From positions 1-28,845 of the IMG/VR virus record IMGVR_UViG_3300042321_001378: DNA of 28,845 nucleotides. One strand, given 5' to 3'. Positions 18,945 through 26,372 of the stretch are shown here, one piece after another. The number at the start of each line of letters is the position of its first letter. The stretch's first letter is position 1. The translations under genes and the position numbers were made by a program. A model generated the notes under the pieces. The model was not told the origin of the DNA. It saw nothing but the letters and a program-made list of their open reading frames with translations, and ran no database searches. The DNA is from a virus (lineage: Duplodnaviria; Caudoviricetes).

Positions 18945-18983
18945 TTGACGTTGTGCGTCAGTTGCCATACGGTGACTGACGCA
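18945..18983 (+). promoter_or_regulatory. Sigma70-type promoter overlapped by a 13-bp hairpin
   Basis: TTGACG (18945-50), 17-nt spacer, TACGGT (18968-73), ATG 9 nt later. Inverted repeat TGCGTCAGTTGCC-ATAC-GGTGACTGACGCA at 18954-18983. Confidence 0.65.
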
Positions 18984-19978
18984 TGAGCAACCAACTGCAA
19001 GTAGCCACACAGCAATCGCAACCCCTGAGCGCCTTCTCTTCGGAGAACGCGTTCGTGTCCGTCCAACGCATGGCCAAGGCCCTTGCGTCCAGCACGCTCG
19101 TTCCCGATTCCTATCGGGGCGAGGCCAACCTCGGTAACTGCATCATCGCGCTTGAACTGAGCCAGCGCATCGGCGCCTCAGTCATGGCCGTGATGCAGTC
19201 GATGGTTCCCATCCACGGCAAGCCCACCTGGAGTGCCGCGTTCCTGATCGCCACCGTCAACAGCTGCGGCCGGTTCTCCCCGATGCGGTTCCGCTGGGTC
19301 GGCAAGGAAGGCGCCGACGACTGGGGCTGCCGCGCCTACGCCGTCGAGCGCGAGGGCAACCTCGAACTGGTCGGCGCACTGGTGACGATCGCCATGGCCA
19401 AGGCCGAGGGCTGGTATTCCAAGAACGGTTCCAAGTGGAAGACCATGCCCGAACAGATGCTCCAGTACCGCGCCGCTGCGTTCTGGACCCGCGCCTATGC
19501 GCCCGAGATCGCGCTTGGTATGCACACCGCCGAGGAGATCCACGACACGCCCGAGGCCCAGCAGGTTGTGAAGCCGGTCGTCATGGACGTGACCCCGACG
19601 CCGCCCGAGCCGAAGCCGCGCAAGGTTAAGAAGGAGCCTGAGGCGGTCGTGGTGCAGGAGCCGGCGCCGGTACGGGTCGAACCAGAACCGGAGCCTACCC
19701 CGACCGCGCCTGAGCCGGTGCCAGCACCTGAGCCTGCGCCTGCGCCCGTTCCCGCACCTGTGGCACCGCCGGCATCGAACGTCGAAACCGTCGAGGGCAC
19801 GCTGCTGTCTATCGGCCTCACCTACGAGCAGCTGGTCGCCATGGCCACCGAACTCAGCTGGTGGCCGAACCCCGAGGCGTACCCGACCGCCGCTGACCTG
19901 CCCGAGGAACTCGCCAACTGGGTGATCCGCAACCGCCGGGGCATCGCTCGTCAGGCAGCGAAGGGGGGTGGGAAGTGA
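18983..19978 (+). CDS. RecT-like single-strand annealing protein
   Basis: MAKALASS.LVP..YRG...NC.IAL, IHGKPTWS, and MAKAEGW..K.GSKWKTMPEQML.YRAA.FW.R.YAPE motifs. Pro/Glu-rich linker. Adjacent to an exonuclease. Confidence 0.8.
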   Translation: MSNQLQVATQQSQPLSAFSSENAFVSVQRMAKALASSTLVPDSYRGEANLGNCIIALELSQRIGASVMAVMQSMVPIHGKPTWSAAFLIATVNSCGRFSPMRFRWVGKEGADDWGCRAYAVEREGNLELVGALVTIAMAKAEGWYSKNGSKWKTMPEQMLQYRAAAFWTRAYAPEIALGMHTAEEIHDTPEAQQVVKPVVMDVTPTPPEPKPRKVKKEPEAVVVQEPAPVRVEPEPEPTPTAPEPVPAPEPAPAPVPAPVAPPASNVETVEGTLLSIGLTYEQLVAMATELSWWPNPEAYPTAADLPEELANWVIRNRRGIARQAAKGGGK

Positions 19979-20178
19979 ACAGCGGCTTAAACGGATCGTT
20001 GAACGACGGCGCGAGTGTTGCTTTGGGTGAAACAGCCCTGACGGCTACGACTGCGACGCCCACAAGGAATACGGGGCTGGGTTACCAAGTGATATGTCCT
20101 TCGGAGAACCAAGGTCAGCAGCAATGCGAGTCAACCCAGCTTGGAGAACCGCAGAATACCGACTCAGTCCACCCATGA
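19975..20178 (+). other. Structured spacer (candidate ncRNA/cis-element) spanned by a 67-codon coupled ORF
   Basis: Several complementary segments plus UUCG and GCAA tetraloops. The ORF overlaps the recT stop (GTGA) and the exonuclease start (ATGA). Confidence 0.45.
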
Positions 20179-20969
20179 AACTCATCCATCCCATCGACGT
20201 ACATCAGTACCGCAGTCACCCCGCAATCAACGTCTCTGCGCTCAAGGCATTCAGCCGCTCGCCGGCTCACGCTGAGGTCGGCTTCGAGGAAGAACGCGAG
20301 CCTACCGAGGCCATGAACATCGGCTCCCTGCTGGACCACAAGGTTCTCGGCACGCCGTACCTCTACACTACGTCCCCCTACGAGGACTTCCGCACCAAGG
20401 AAGCGCGTGCATGGCGCGATGATACCAAGGAGCGCGGCGTGACCGTGTTCAAGCAGGAGGAGATCGAAACCGTCGAGCGCATGGTCGAGGCAGTTCGCGA
20501 ACACCCGGTAGCCGGCCGGCTGTTTGCCGAGCCAGGGAAGGCCCAGGTCGGAATGTTTGGCGAGTTCGAGTCCTGCGAGCGCAAGGGCCTGATCGACTGG
20601 TTGCCCAACACGACCCCGGTGATCGTGGACCTGAAGAAATGCCGCGATGCTAGCAAGGCCGGGTTCCGGCGGCAGATTGGCCAGCTGCGTTACGACGTTC
20701 AGGCCGCGTACTACCGGGACTTATACCGCGACATTACCGGTGAGACCCGCGCCTGGCAGTGGGTCTGCGTCGAAGACCAAGCGCCGTTTGCGGTCGCTGT
20801 GTACCAGCTGGACACCGAGTCCTGTGAAGTCGGGTCACGCACCTGGCAGTCGTGGCTCAGGCAGTGGATGGTCTGCGAAGACACGGATTCATGGCCGGGA
20901 TACAACGGCGATTCCACTCAGATCATCCAGTCGCCTACCTGGATCCTCAAAGATGAAACTCTCCCGTGA
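20175..20969 (+). CDS. RecE/exonuclease VIII-like PD-(D/E)XK nuclease (DUF3799-like)
   Basis: Y.SHPAINVS.LK, AMNIGS, KGLIDW, IVDLK, Y.VQAAYY and WPGY motifs. Confidence 0.85.
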   Translation: MKLIHPIDVHQYRSHPAINVSALKAFSRSPAHAEVGFEEEREPTEAMNIGSLLDHKVLGTPYLYTTSPYEDFRTKEARAWRDDTKERGVTVFKQEEIETVERMVEAVREHPVAGRLFAEPGKAQVGMFGEFESCERKGLIDWLPNTTPVIVDLKKCRDASKAGFRRQIGQLRYDVQAAYYRDLYRDITGETRAWQWVCVEDQAPFAVAVYQLDTESCEVGSRTWQSWLRQWMVCEDTDSWPGYNGDSTQIIQSPTWILKDETLP

Positions 20970-21180
20970 AGCCATCGAGCGCGTGCTCGGTAAGCAGCCG
21001 CCGGTTCCGATCATCGAAGAGCAACCGAGGGGAACCTGGAGGCAGATGACCGATGCTGAGTGCAAGGCGATCATCGAGGCCAAGCGCCAGAATCCAACCT
21101 ACACGTATCGCGAGTTGGCGAAGAAATTCAAACGATCGAACAGCGTAATCTGGAACTTAATCAATGGAGGTAAACCGTGA
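20953..21180 (+). CDS. Small HTH DNA-binding protein
   Basis: MKLSRE...TYRELAKKFKRSNSVIWNLING helix-turn-helix. Confidence 0.7.
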   Translation: MKLSREAIERVLGKQPPVPIIEEQPRGTWRQMTDAECKAIIEAKRQNPTYTYRELAKKFKRSNSVIWNLINGGKP

Positions 21181-21386
21181 ATGAATTGATTTCCAACGCC
21201 GTAGCCCGTGGATGGATCAGCTTCCCCGATCCAGCTGCGGCCCCGGCTCGAATCGAAACGCCGCCACTCAACGCCAAACGCGCCTGGAAATTATGGAACG
21301 AGGGCCAGAGCCTGGCTTACGTGGCCAAGGCCATTGGGGTAAAGAAGCGGTTCGTGAAGTCCATCATCATGGAGGGGAAGCCGTGA
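21177..21386 (+). CDS. Small HTH-like protein
   Basis: LWNEGQSLAYVAKAIGVKKRFVKSII. GTGA-coupled with a GGAGG SD. Confidence 0.6.
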   Translation: MNELISNAVARGWISFPDPAAAPARIETPPLNAKRAWKLWNEGQSLAYVAKAIGVKKRFVKSIIMEGKP

Positions 21387-21544
21387 AAACTGTGAAAGAA
21401 AAACGTCCGACGGCCAAGGTTTTCATCGTGTCAGATGACACGCATAAGCGACTCAAAGAATACGCAAAGCGCAAAGGCTACAAACTGCAATACGTAGCAG
21501 ATGAAGCGGTCAGTGAATATCTAAAGAGACAGGAGGCGAAATGA
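21383..21544 (+). CDS. Ribbon-helix-helix DNA-binding protein
   Basis: KVFIVSDDTHKRLKEYAKRKGYKLQYVADEAVSEYL. GTG start coupled to the upstream stop, with SD GGAGG. Confidence 0.75.
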   Translation: MKTVKEKRPTAKVFIVSDDTHKRLKEYAKRKGYKLQYVADEAVSEYLKRQEAK

Positions 21545-21885
21545 ATATCGAAGAAACCAAAGAAGCAATCAAAGTAATGCAGGCATTTGTGGATGGGAAG
21601 GAAGTGGAACATTGGTATTACGAAATGTGGGTAAAGATCCATGTACCGAGGTGGGACTGGGGTAACACAGAATACCGCATCAAACCCACCCCTGTCCTCC
21701 GCCCGTGGACTGCGGATGAGGTGCCGCTGGGTGCAATAATGAGGACCAAAGGATTGGAAGGACGATGCATTATCATAGACACAGAAACTTCAGACGATAG
21801 ATCCTATTGGTTGAACGCCAGAGAACATAGCACCGACGGCGGCAAAACATGGCACCCGTGCGGGGTGATGGAGGAGTGCAAATGA
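21541..21885 (+). CDS. Phage hypothetical protein
   Basis: IKVMQAFVDGKEVE...P.WDW...EYRIKP motif familiar from phage hypotheticals. ATGA coupling and SD. Confidence 0.7.
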   Translation: MNIEETKEAIKVMQAFVDGKEVEHWYYEMWVKIHVPRWDWGNTEYRIKPTPVLRPWTADEVPLGAIMRTKGLEGRCIIIDTETSDDRSYWLNAREHSTDGGKTWHPCGVMEECK

Positions 21886-22148
21886 GCGACACCCCAATAT
21901 CAGATTCGACTCCGCACAACGTAGCCGATCTTGGTATGCTGTGCAGGAGGCTTGAACGAGAACTCACCGCGTCCAACGCAATCATCCGGCAGCAGCAATT
22001 GTTGGATGAAGCAAACCTGCGGCTGCAAGAGCGCATCAAGCGGCTGGAGGATGCGGGGGATGATTGCGCCGACCTTTTAGACGCGATCAGACCCAATAAT
22101 TCAGCAGCTTTTGAAAAATGGCACAAAGCCAAGGAGGCCAAGCTGTGA
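21882..22148 (+). CDS. Hypothetical coiled-coil protein (MSDTP-type)
   Basis: MSDTPISD...CRRLERELTA. ATGA coupling and SD. Confidence 0.7.
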   Translation: MSDTPISDSTPHNVADLGMLCRRLERELTASNAIIRQQQLLDEANLRLQERIKRLEDAGDDCADLLDAIRPNNSAAFEKWHKAKEAKL

Positions 22149-22501
22149 ACCTTCAACACGACCCCAGCCTCATTGATAAGGTTCCACCATCAATTGTATC
22201 GGCAGCGATGGCGGTATCAAACTGGTTTAACAGTCAGTCGCTACATCCAAGCCCGCGCTGGGAATTTTTGAGTATTTGTTCACGAAACCACGCGGACCGA
22301 TTGAAGAAACTCGAACGTGAACTCGATTTCGCGATGACCAACGAAGCGATCGCAACAAACGAAAACCACAAACTGAAACAACGTATCTCCCGCCTGGAAC
22401 AACTCGGAGACGCTCTCGCAGATGCGATAGACGAAAGCTGTGATCCAACACACGCCAACGATGTCACCCGCTGGAGGCGTAACAAGGAATCCAAACCATG
22501 A
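22145..22501 (+). CDS. Hypothetical coiled-coil protein
   Basis: GTGA coupling and SD. Shares LEREL...RI.RLE..GD..AD..D with the upstream gene. Confidence 0.65.
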   Translation: MNLQHDPSLIDKVPPSIVSAAMAVSNWFNSQSLHPSPRWEFLSICSRNHADRLKKLERELDFAMTNEAIATNENHKLKQRISRLEQLGDALADAIDESCDPTHANDVTRWRRNKESKP

Positions 22502-22764
22502 CCATCGAAGAAATGAGAACCATCGACGCCACCAAAACGTACAAGGAGTTGGAGGAGGCCCGTGCCAGGATCGCGCACCTGGAGGACCGCATCGACCTAC
22601 TCATGTCCGCAAACGCTGACGTTGCTCGCATTGCCGGCGAGCGCGACAAGGCTGAGAAGCGTGTCCTTTACCTGGAATCTGCGCTCCGCAGGATCGCCAA
22701 CCAAGACTACCGAGGAAACCGCTCGACCGAATCTCAGATCGCCTTCGAGGCGCTGAAACCATGA
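22498..22764 (+). CDS. Hypothetical coiled-coil protein
   Basis: ATGA-coupled at both ends. Heptad pattern. Confidence 0.65.
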   Translation: MTIEEMRTIDATKTYKELEEARARIAHLEDRIDLLMSANADVARIAGERDKAEKRVLYLESALRRIANQDYRGNRSTESQIAFEALKP

Positions 22765-22892
22765 CCACCCACTACAACCACCTATCCAAACGCGCTGCCT
22801 GCGGACGTGCTAGCGCCCGAACCACCACCGACAAATCCAAGGTCACCTGCATCGCGTGCCGACGCACGGTGGCGTACTTCAAAAACCCATGA
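22761..22892 (+). CDS. 43-aa putative zinc-finger protein
   Basis: Not in the track. MTTHYNHLSKRAACGRASARTTTDKSKVTCIACRRTVAYFKNP has an H..CG..VTCxxC pattern and ATGA overlaps at both ends. Confidence 0.7.
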   Translation: MTTHYNHLSKRAACGRASARTTTDKSKVTCIACRRTVAYFKNP

Positions 22893-23431
22893 CCTACTCC
22901 CAATCTGGCCAGCTGCCACACCACCAATACTGCTTCGTCGATGCCCGTTTCATCTCCAGCCGCACCGGGTTTATCCCCTGCGTCTGGTTCGGGCTGGTCT
23001 CGATTCCCGGCAGGATGTGGGGTTGCACCATCATGCTCGAATGCGGGGCCGTTTATCGGGCGGTGCCGCCGCACGCGCTAGCATTCCATCCACAACCTGA
23101 AATCATCTGGCTCCAAGACCACGCTCAACGCTGGGACTGCTACGGTCGGGAGTTCAGCACGATCGAGTACACCTACCTCCGAGGTATGGAAGCCGTAGTG
23201 AAATGCTCTGACACATTCCAATCCGGCCAATATCTCTTCACCGCCGCACCCATCGACGATGGATTCTCCCGCTATCCCGAACAGGCCAAGGAGTTCTGCT
23301 TCATGCAGCTGGACAACGGCCGCCTGACCATCCAGCCCACCGACAAGGTCCTGTTCTGCGACCGGTCTTTTGTCACGCCCGAGTGGCCGACGGATCTCAA
23401 AACCACCACCGAAATCTACAGCTGCGAATGA
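22889..23431 (+). CDS. Conserved phage hypothetical protein
   Basis: C.WFG..SIPGR...L..GA.Y..VP..A, QRWDCY, G.YLFT and LDNG....QP motifs. Coupled starts and stops. Confidence 0.7.
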   Translation: MTYSQSGQLPHHQYCFVDARFISSRTGFIPCVWFGLVSIPGRMWGCTIMLECGAVYRAVPPHALAFHPQPEIIWLQDHAQRWDCYGREFSTIEYTYLRGMEAVVKCSDTFQSGQYLFTAAPIDDGFSRYPEQAKEFCFMQLDNGRLTIQPTDKVLFCDRSFVTPEWPTDLKTTTEIYSCE

Positions 23432-23670
23432 ACCTCATCCAACTCATCAAACGATTCCTCGGGCTCGTAAAACCAATAGGCCGTCCCCGCATCCCCATTG
23501 AGAAGCGACTGGCAATCAAAGGCGCCCCGATGCACGTCACCGACGCTGAGCTAGCACGCATCCTCTCCGTCTCCTACGCAACCATCCACCGATACCGTCA
23601 CAAAAATGGACACCAACCACGAGAACGACGAACTCTCCAGATTCAAAGCGATAGCCCGCCAGCTGCATGA
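23428..23670 (+). CDS. HTH DNA-binding protein
   Basis: GRP motif then TDAELARILSVSYATIHRYR. Confidence 0.7.
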   Translation: MNLIQLIKRFLGLVKPIGRPRIPIEKRLAIKGAPMHVTDAELARILSVSYATIHRYRHKNGHQPRERRTLQIQSDSPPAA

Positions 23671-23809
23671 GCGACTCGGCTGCGGCTGCTTTCGTGAGCC
23701 ATGCTGGACGTGCCAGCAGGTCTCGAAGCGCTGCCAGGCCATGATCCGTGAAGACCAGCGCACCATCCAAGCAATCCACCGGCATCCATCGGATTCACCT
23801 GTCCGGTAA
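23606..23809 (+). CDS. Hypothetical Cys-cluster protein
   Basis: CGC...PC..C. Overlaps both neighbours by about 60 nt. Confidence 0.45.
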   Translation: MDTNHENDELSRFKAIARQLHERLGCGCFREPCWTCQQVSKRCQAMIREDQRTIQAIHRHPSDSPVR

Positions 23810-23957
23810 CCGGGTTGTCGTGATCGACACCAAGGATCTCAGCGACCGCGCTCGCAAGGATGTTATCGGCATCTGCGTGGCCAACTCTCAAGATCCAGAC
23901 ACGCTCCTGGCGAACCTGCGGAAGATCCCAGGCGTGCTATCAGCCCATTTCGGGTAA
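23748..23957 (+). CDS. Hypothetical protein
   Basis: Last ORF of the plus-strand operon. C-terminal LLANLRKIPGVLSA resembles an ACT-like strand-helix end. Confidence 0.5.
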   Translation: MKTSAPSKQSTGIHRIHLSGNRVVVIDTKDLSDRARKDVIGICVANSQDPDTLLANLRKIPGVLSAHFG

Positions 23958-24054
23958 CCGACGTGGCCGGGGTGGTTTACGTTTTTCCCATCCATCGGTC
24001 TGGTATCGGCTCATCTCTCTCCTGGTCTGGACGCCGGGAGGGAGAGCCCGCCCC

Positions 24055-24089
24055 AAAACAAAACCCCTGAGACCTCGCGATCCCAGGGG
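24055..24089 (-). terminator. Intrinsic terminator of the minus-strand block
   Basis: Minus strand CCCCTGGGATC-GCGA-GGTCTCAGGGG (11-bp stem, GNRA loop) followed by TTTTGTTTT, 34 nt after the HU stop. Confidence 0.8.
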
Positions 24090-24123
24090 CTGTGACAACC
24101 TAACAACTACAAGCGGTGGTACC

Positions 24124-24426
24124 CTACTTCTTCTTGCCCACAACCGCAAGGGTTTTGATCACCCGATCAGCCAGTTCCTTCGACGGTCGGAAATACACCT
24201 TCGGTCTCGGCGGAATCGGGATCTCGACATCCGGGATCAGCGGGTTACGGCCGATCATCGGCTTCGTCCAACGCACCTGGAACTGACCGAAATCCGGCAG
24301 GTTCAGTTCACCCTTCAGGATCTCCTCGGCCATCAGTTCCATCACGCAGTCCACCACCTGCTTCGCGTGCGGAACCAGCAGGCCGCACTCCTCGGACACC
24401 CGGCGTGCGATCTCAATTCGTTTCAC
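24124..24426 (-). CDS. HU/IHF-family DNA-bending protein
   Basis: L.DFGQFQV.......GRNP......IP......F.PSKEL signature. Confidence 0.9.
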   Translation of the reverse strand: MKRIEIARRVSEECGLLVPHAKQVVDCVMELMAEEILKGELNLPDFGQFQVRWTKPMIGRNPLIPDVEIPIPPRPKVYFRPSKELADRVIKTLAVVGKKK

Positions 24427-24607
24427 TCTTCACCCCCATCTGCTGCTGGACCAGCTGTTCAATCGCACGCCGTGCCACCATGCCGGCGATCAGCGCGGCA
24501 GACGGCTCAGGCACGGTGCCATCCTCTGGGATGGGAGGCTGCACGTCGATCGACAGGTGAAACCCACCATCGGCGTCCGTGATCTCAATGGTCACCTTCC
24601 GGGTCAT
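24413..24607 (-). CDS. Hypothetical protein
   Basis: MTRKVTIEITDADGG. ATGA-coupled to the upstream gene, with SD GGAGG. Confidence 0.6.
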   Translation of the reverse strand: MTRKVTIEITDADGGFHLSIDVQPPIPEDGTVPEPSAALIAGMVARRAIEQLVQQQMGVKSETN

Positions 24608-24963
24608 TCGACCCTCCTTCCCTGCACCCGGGCAACCTTCTGGCCCTGCCACGGCGGCGGGGTCTGCGAGGCGCGGTTGATCGAATCCACGATCGCCGGG
24701 TTGGTCACCGGCTGGATCAGCGGGGTCTTAACCGTTTGTGGGATCGTCGTGTTGCCACGCGGCCCATTCACCACGACGCCCTGAATCCGGACCACGCGCT
24801 TGGCGTTGATCTCCTTCATCTGGTCACTGCGCCGCTGGCGATCCTCATCGGTGATGGTCTTCGCTCGACCGCGACCGCGACGACCCAAGGCCGATGCGGC
24901 CTGACTGACTGCGGGAGGCACCAGTGGGGCCTCATCCGGAATCTGATTCTCGTTCTCGTTCAT
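24604..24963 (-). CDS. Hypothetical basic/disordered protein
   Basis: Contains AASALGRRGRG. A-rich leader upstream. Confidence 0.55.
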   Translation of the reverse strand: MNENENQIPDEAPLVPPAVSQAASALGRRGRGRAKTITDEDRQRRSDQMKEINAKRVVRIQGVVVNGPRGNTTIPQTVKTPLIQPVTNPAIVDSINRASQTPPPWQGQKVARVQGRRVE

Positions 24964-24993
24964 GCTTCTTTCAGTTTGCTTTCCGTTCCCGCG

Positions 24994-25383
24994 TTACTGG
25001 CGCGGGGAAATCTTCACTGCAACGACTCGTTGCTCATCCATCCGCCGCATCGCCGCGACGACTCGTTTCCAGTACGCCGCCGTGCGCCTGCGCCGCCAGC
25101 CGTCCGGGCCCCCGTTCCAGATCCGGGCACGGTCCTGGTCGGTCACGGGCCGCCCGATCCTGGCCTCCGTGGCGTAGTGCCCGAGGTAGGCCTGGGCGAC
25201 CTCGGATGCTAGCACCCGATTGGTCATCGAGCCCCAGGCGTACCGTCGGCCGGTTATCCTCCGGACATCAACGACGACAGCCGGCTGGATTTGCAAAGGC
25301 CCGAGCTCCCCATGTCGGCCGCGAGCCATGTCGTTCCCGCCGCTTTCCACGGCGATCAGTGCTGCTAGTAGTTGGGCTTTCAT
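24994..25383 (-). CDS. Lysozyme-fold / lytic transglycosylase-like protein
   Basis: ALIAVESGG (catalytic Glu), GPLQI and ARIWNGGP.......YW.RV motifs. Confidence 0.8.
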   Translation of the reverse strand: MKAQLLAALIAVESGGNDMARGRHGELGPLQIQPAVVVDVRRITGRRYAWGSMTNRVLASEVAQAYLGHYATEARIGRPVTDQDRARIWNGGPDGWRRRRTAAYWKRVVAAMRRMDEQRVVAVKISPRQ

Positions 25384-25441
25384 AATTCCAAGCCAGACCC
25401 GCCGCCTGTCACGCAGAGGGTCGCGCTTGAAACCCTGACAA

Positions 25442-25708
25442 TCAATTCAATTCCGCAGAGCGTTTTGCGTAGTAGTCAATACAGAGTTTGACCAGATCCT
25501 CGGCCGCATCGCGACTCAGGATTTCGGCGCGGACCCGGATGCAGCCGGCCAGAAACGTCTCGACCTCCGGACTCAACCCGATCCCGAGGCGGTCGCAGGT
25601 TCGGGCGATCATCAGGCAGTCCACGACGATATCCATCGCCGGCCGGCCCGATCCCCGCGACGCCTGAGCGGCAAGGATCACGGCAAGGGTGCATTTTGAG
25701 AGGGTCAC
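25442..25708 (-). CDS. Hypothetical protein
   Basis: GTGA-coupled to the upstream gene, with a G-rich SD. Confidence 0.55.
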   Translation of the reverse strand: MTLSKCTLAVILAAQASRGSGRPAMDIVVDCLMIARTCDRLGIGLSPEVETFLAGCIRVRAEILSRDAAEDLVKLCIDYYAKRSAELN

Positions 25709-26025
25709 TTGCCACCTCCCCGGGCCTTGGCGATCACCTCGCGAGCAAACTCGACGTCGGAATCATCCGCAGCTGGATGGATCAGGCGCTCAATCGCCGC
25801 CAGCAACTCAGGCGCAGCCGCAATCAGGTGGGCGTCTCGCGGGTCGCGATCCCGCATCTGGCAAACGATCGACCCCTGAGACAGCGCCCAATCATCCGGC
25901 ACGTAATCCGACATTTCCACCTCGGCATCGGCCGTCATAATCCAGCGCGCATCATGGCACGGATGTTTCCCGGCATGGATGGGGCAGGGCACGACCTTCC
26001 AAGGGCCGGCAGCATGAGCGCTCAC
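25705..26025 (-). CDS. Phage hypothetical protein (H..GPW...A.LIAAAPELL family)
   Basis: MSAHAAGPW...DAHLIAAAPELLAA...AREVIAKARG. GTG start coupled to the upstream stop. Confidence 0.8.
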   Translation of the reverse strand: MSAHAAGPWKVVPCPIHAGKHPCHDARWIMTADAEVEMSDYVPDDWALSQGSIVCQMRDRDPRDAHLIAAAPELLAAIERLIHPAADDSDVEFAREVIAKARGGGK

Positions 26026-26297
26026 TTCGCCACCCCCATTCCTGCCAGCACGTTCCGCACTCCCTGCGATACCGTCACGCCGGCTCCCGGCCAGTCCACC
26101 TGTTGCAGGCGCTCCGCGATCCGATCCAGCAACGGCTCGTAACCGCCCTCGGGAATCAGGTCCTCGGCCTCGACTTCCGCGATCGCGCACCCAGCCAGCG
26201 CGGCCCGGGTGATTGTGTTCAGCTTACAGTCAGGCATCCGGTGCCCGATCATCGCAGCTGCAAAGGCCGCGTCGTAACAGTTCGGTTCTGTCTTCAT
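26022..26297 (-). CDS. Hypothetical protein
   Basis: MKTEPN start with a GAGGAAGAAAACGA leader. Confidence 0.65.
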   Translation of the reverse strand: MKTEPNCYDAAFAAAMIGHRMPDCKLNTITRAALAGCAIAEVEAEDLIPEGGYEPLLDRIAERLQQVDWPGAGVTVSQGVRNVLAGMGVAK

Positions 26298-26372
26298 TCG
26301 TTTTCTTCCTCGGCCAGTCCTTACTGGGGACCGATCCGCAGGCGCTCCGCTGGCATTCAGAGCGCCGCCGGG

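Noticed and set aside
18954-18983. Hairpin as intrinsic terminator of the virion operon
   Set aside because: No downstream U-tract, and it overlaps a promoter and the next start codon.
19600-19775. Pro/Glu-rich repeats in the recT C-terminal half
   Set aside because: Ordinary low-complexity linker common in annealing proteins.
20029-20047. GAAAC...CTGACGG as a hammerhead ribozyme core
   Set aside because: The core requires CUGANGA and correctly placed stems. Here it is CUGACGG, and the stems do not fit.
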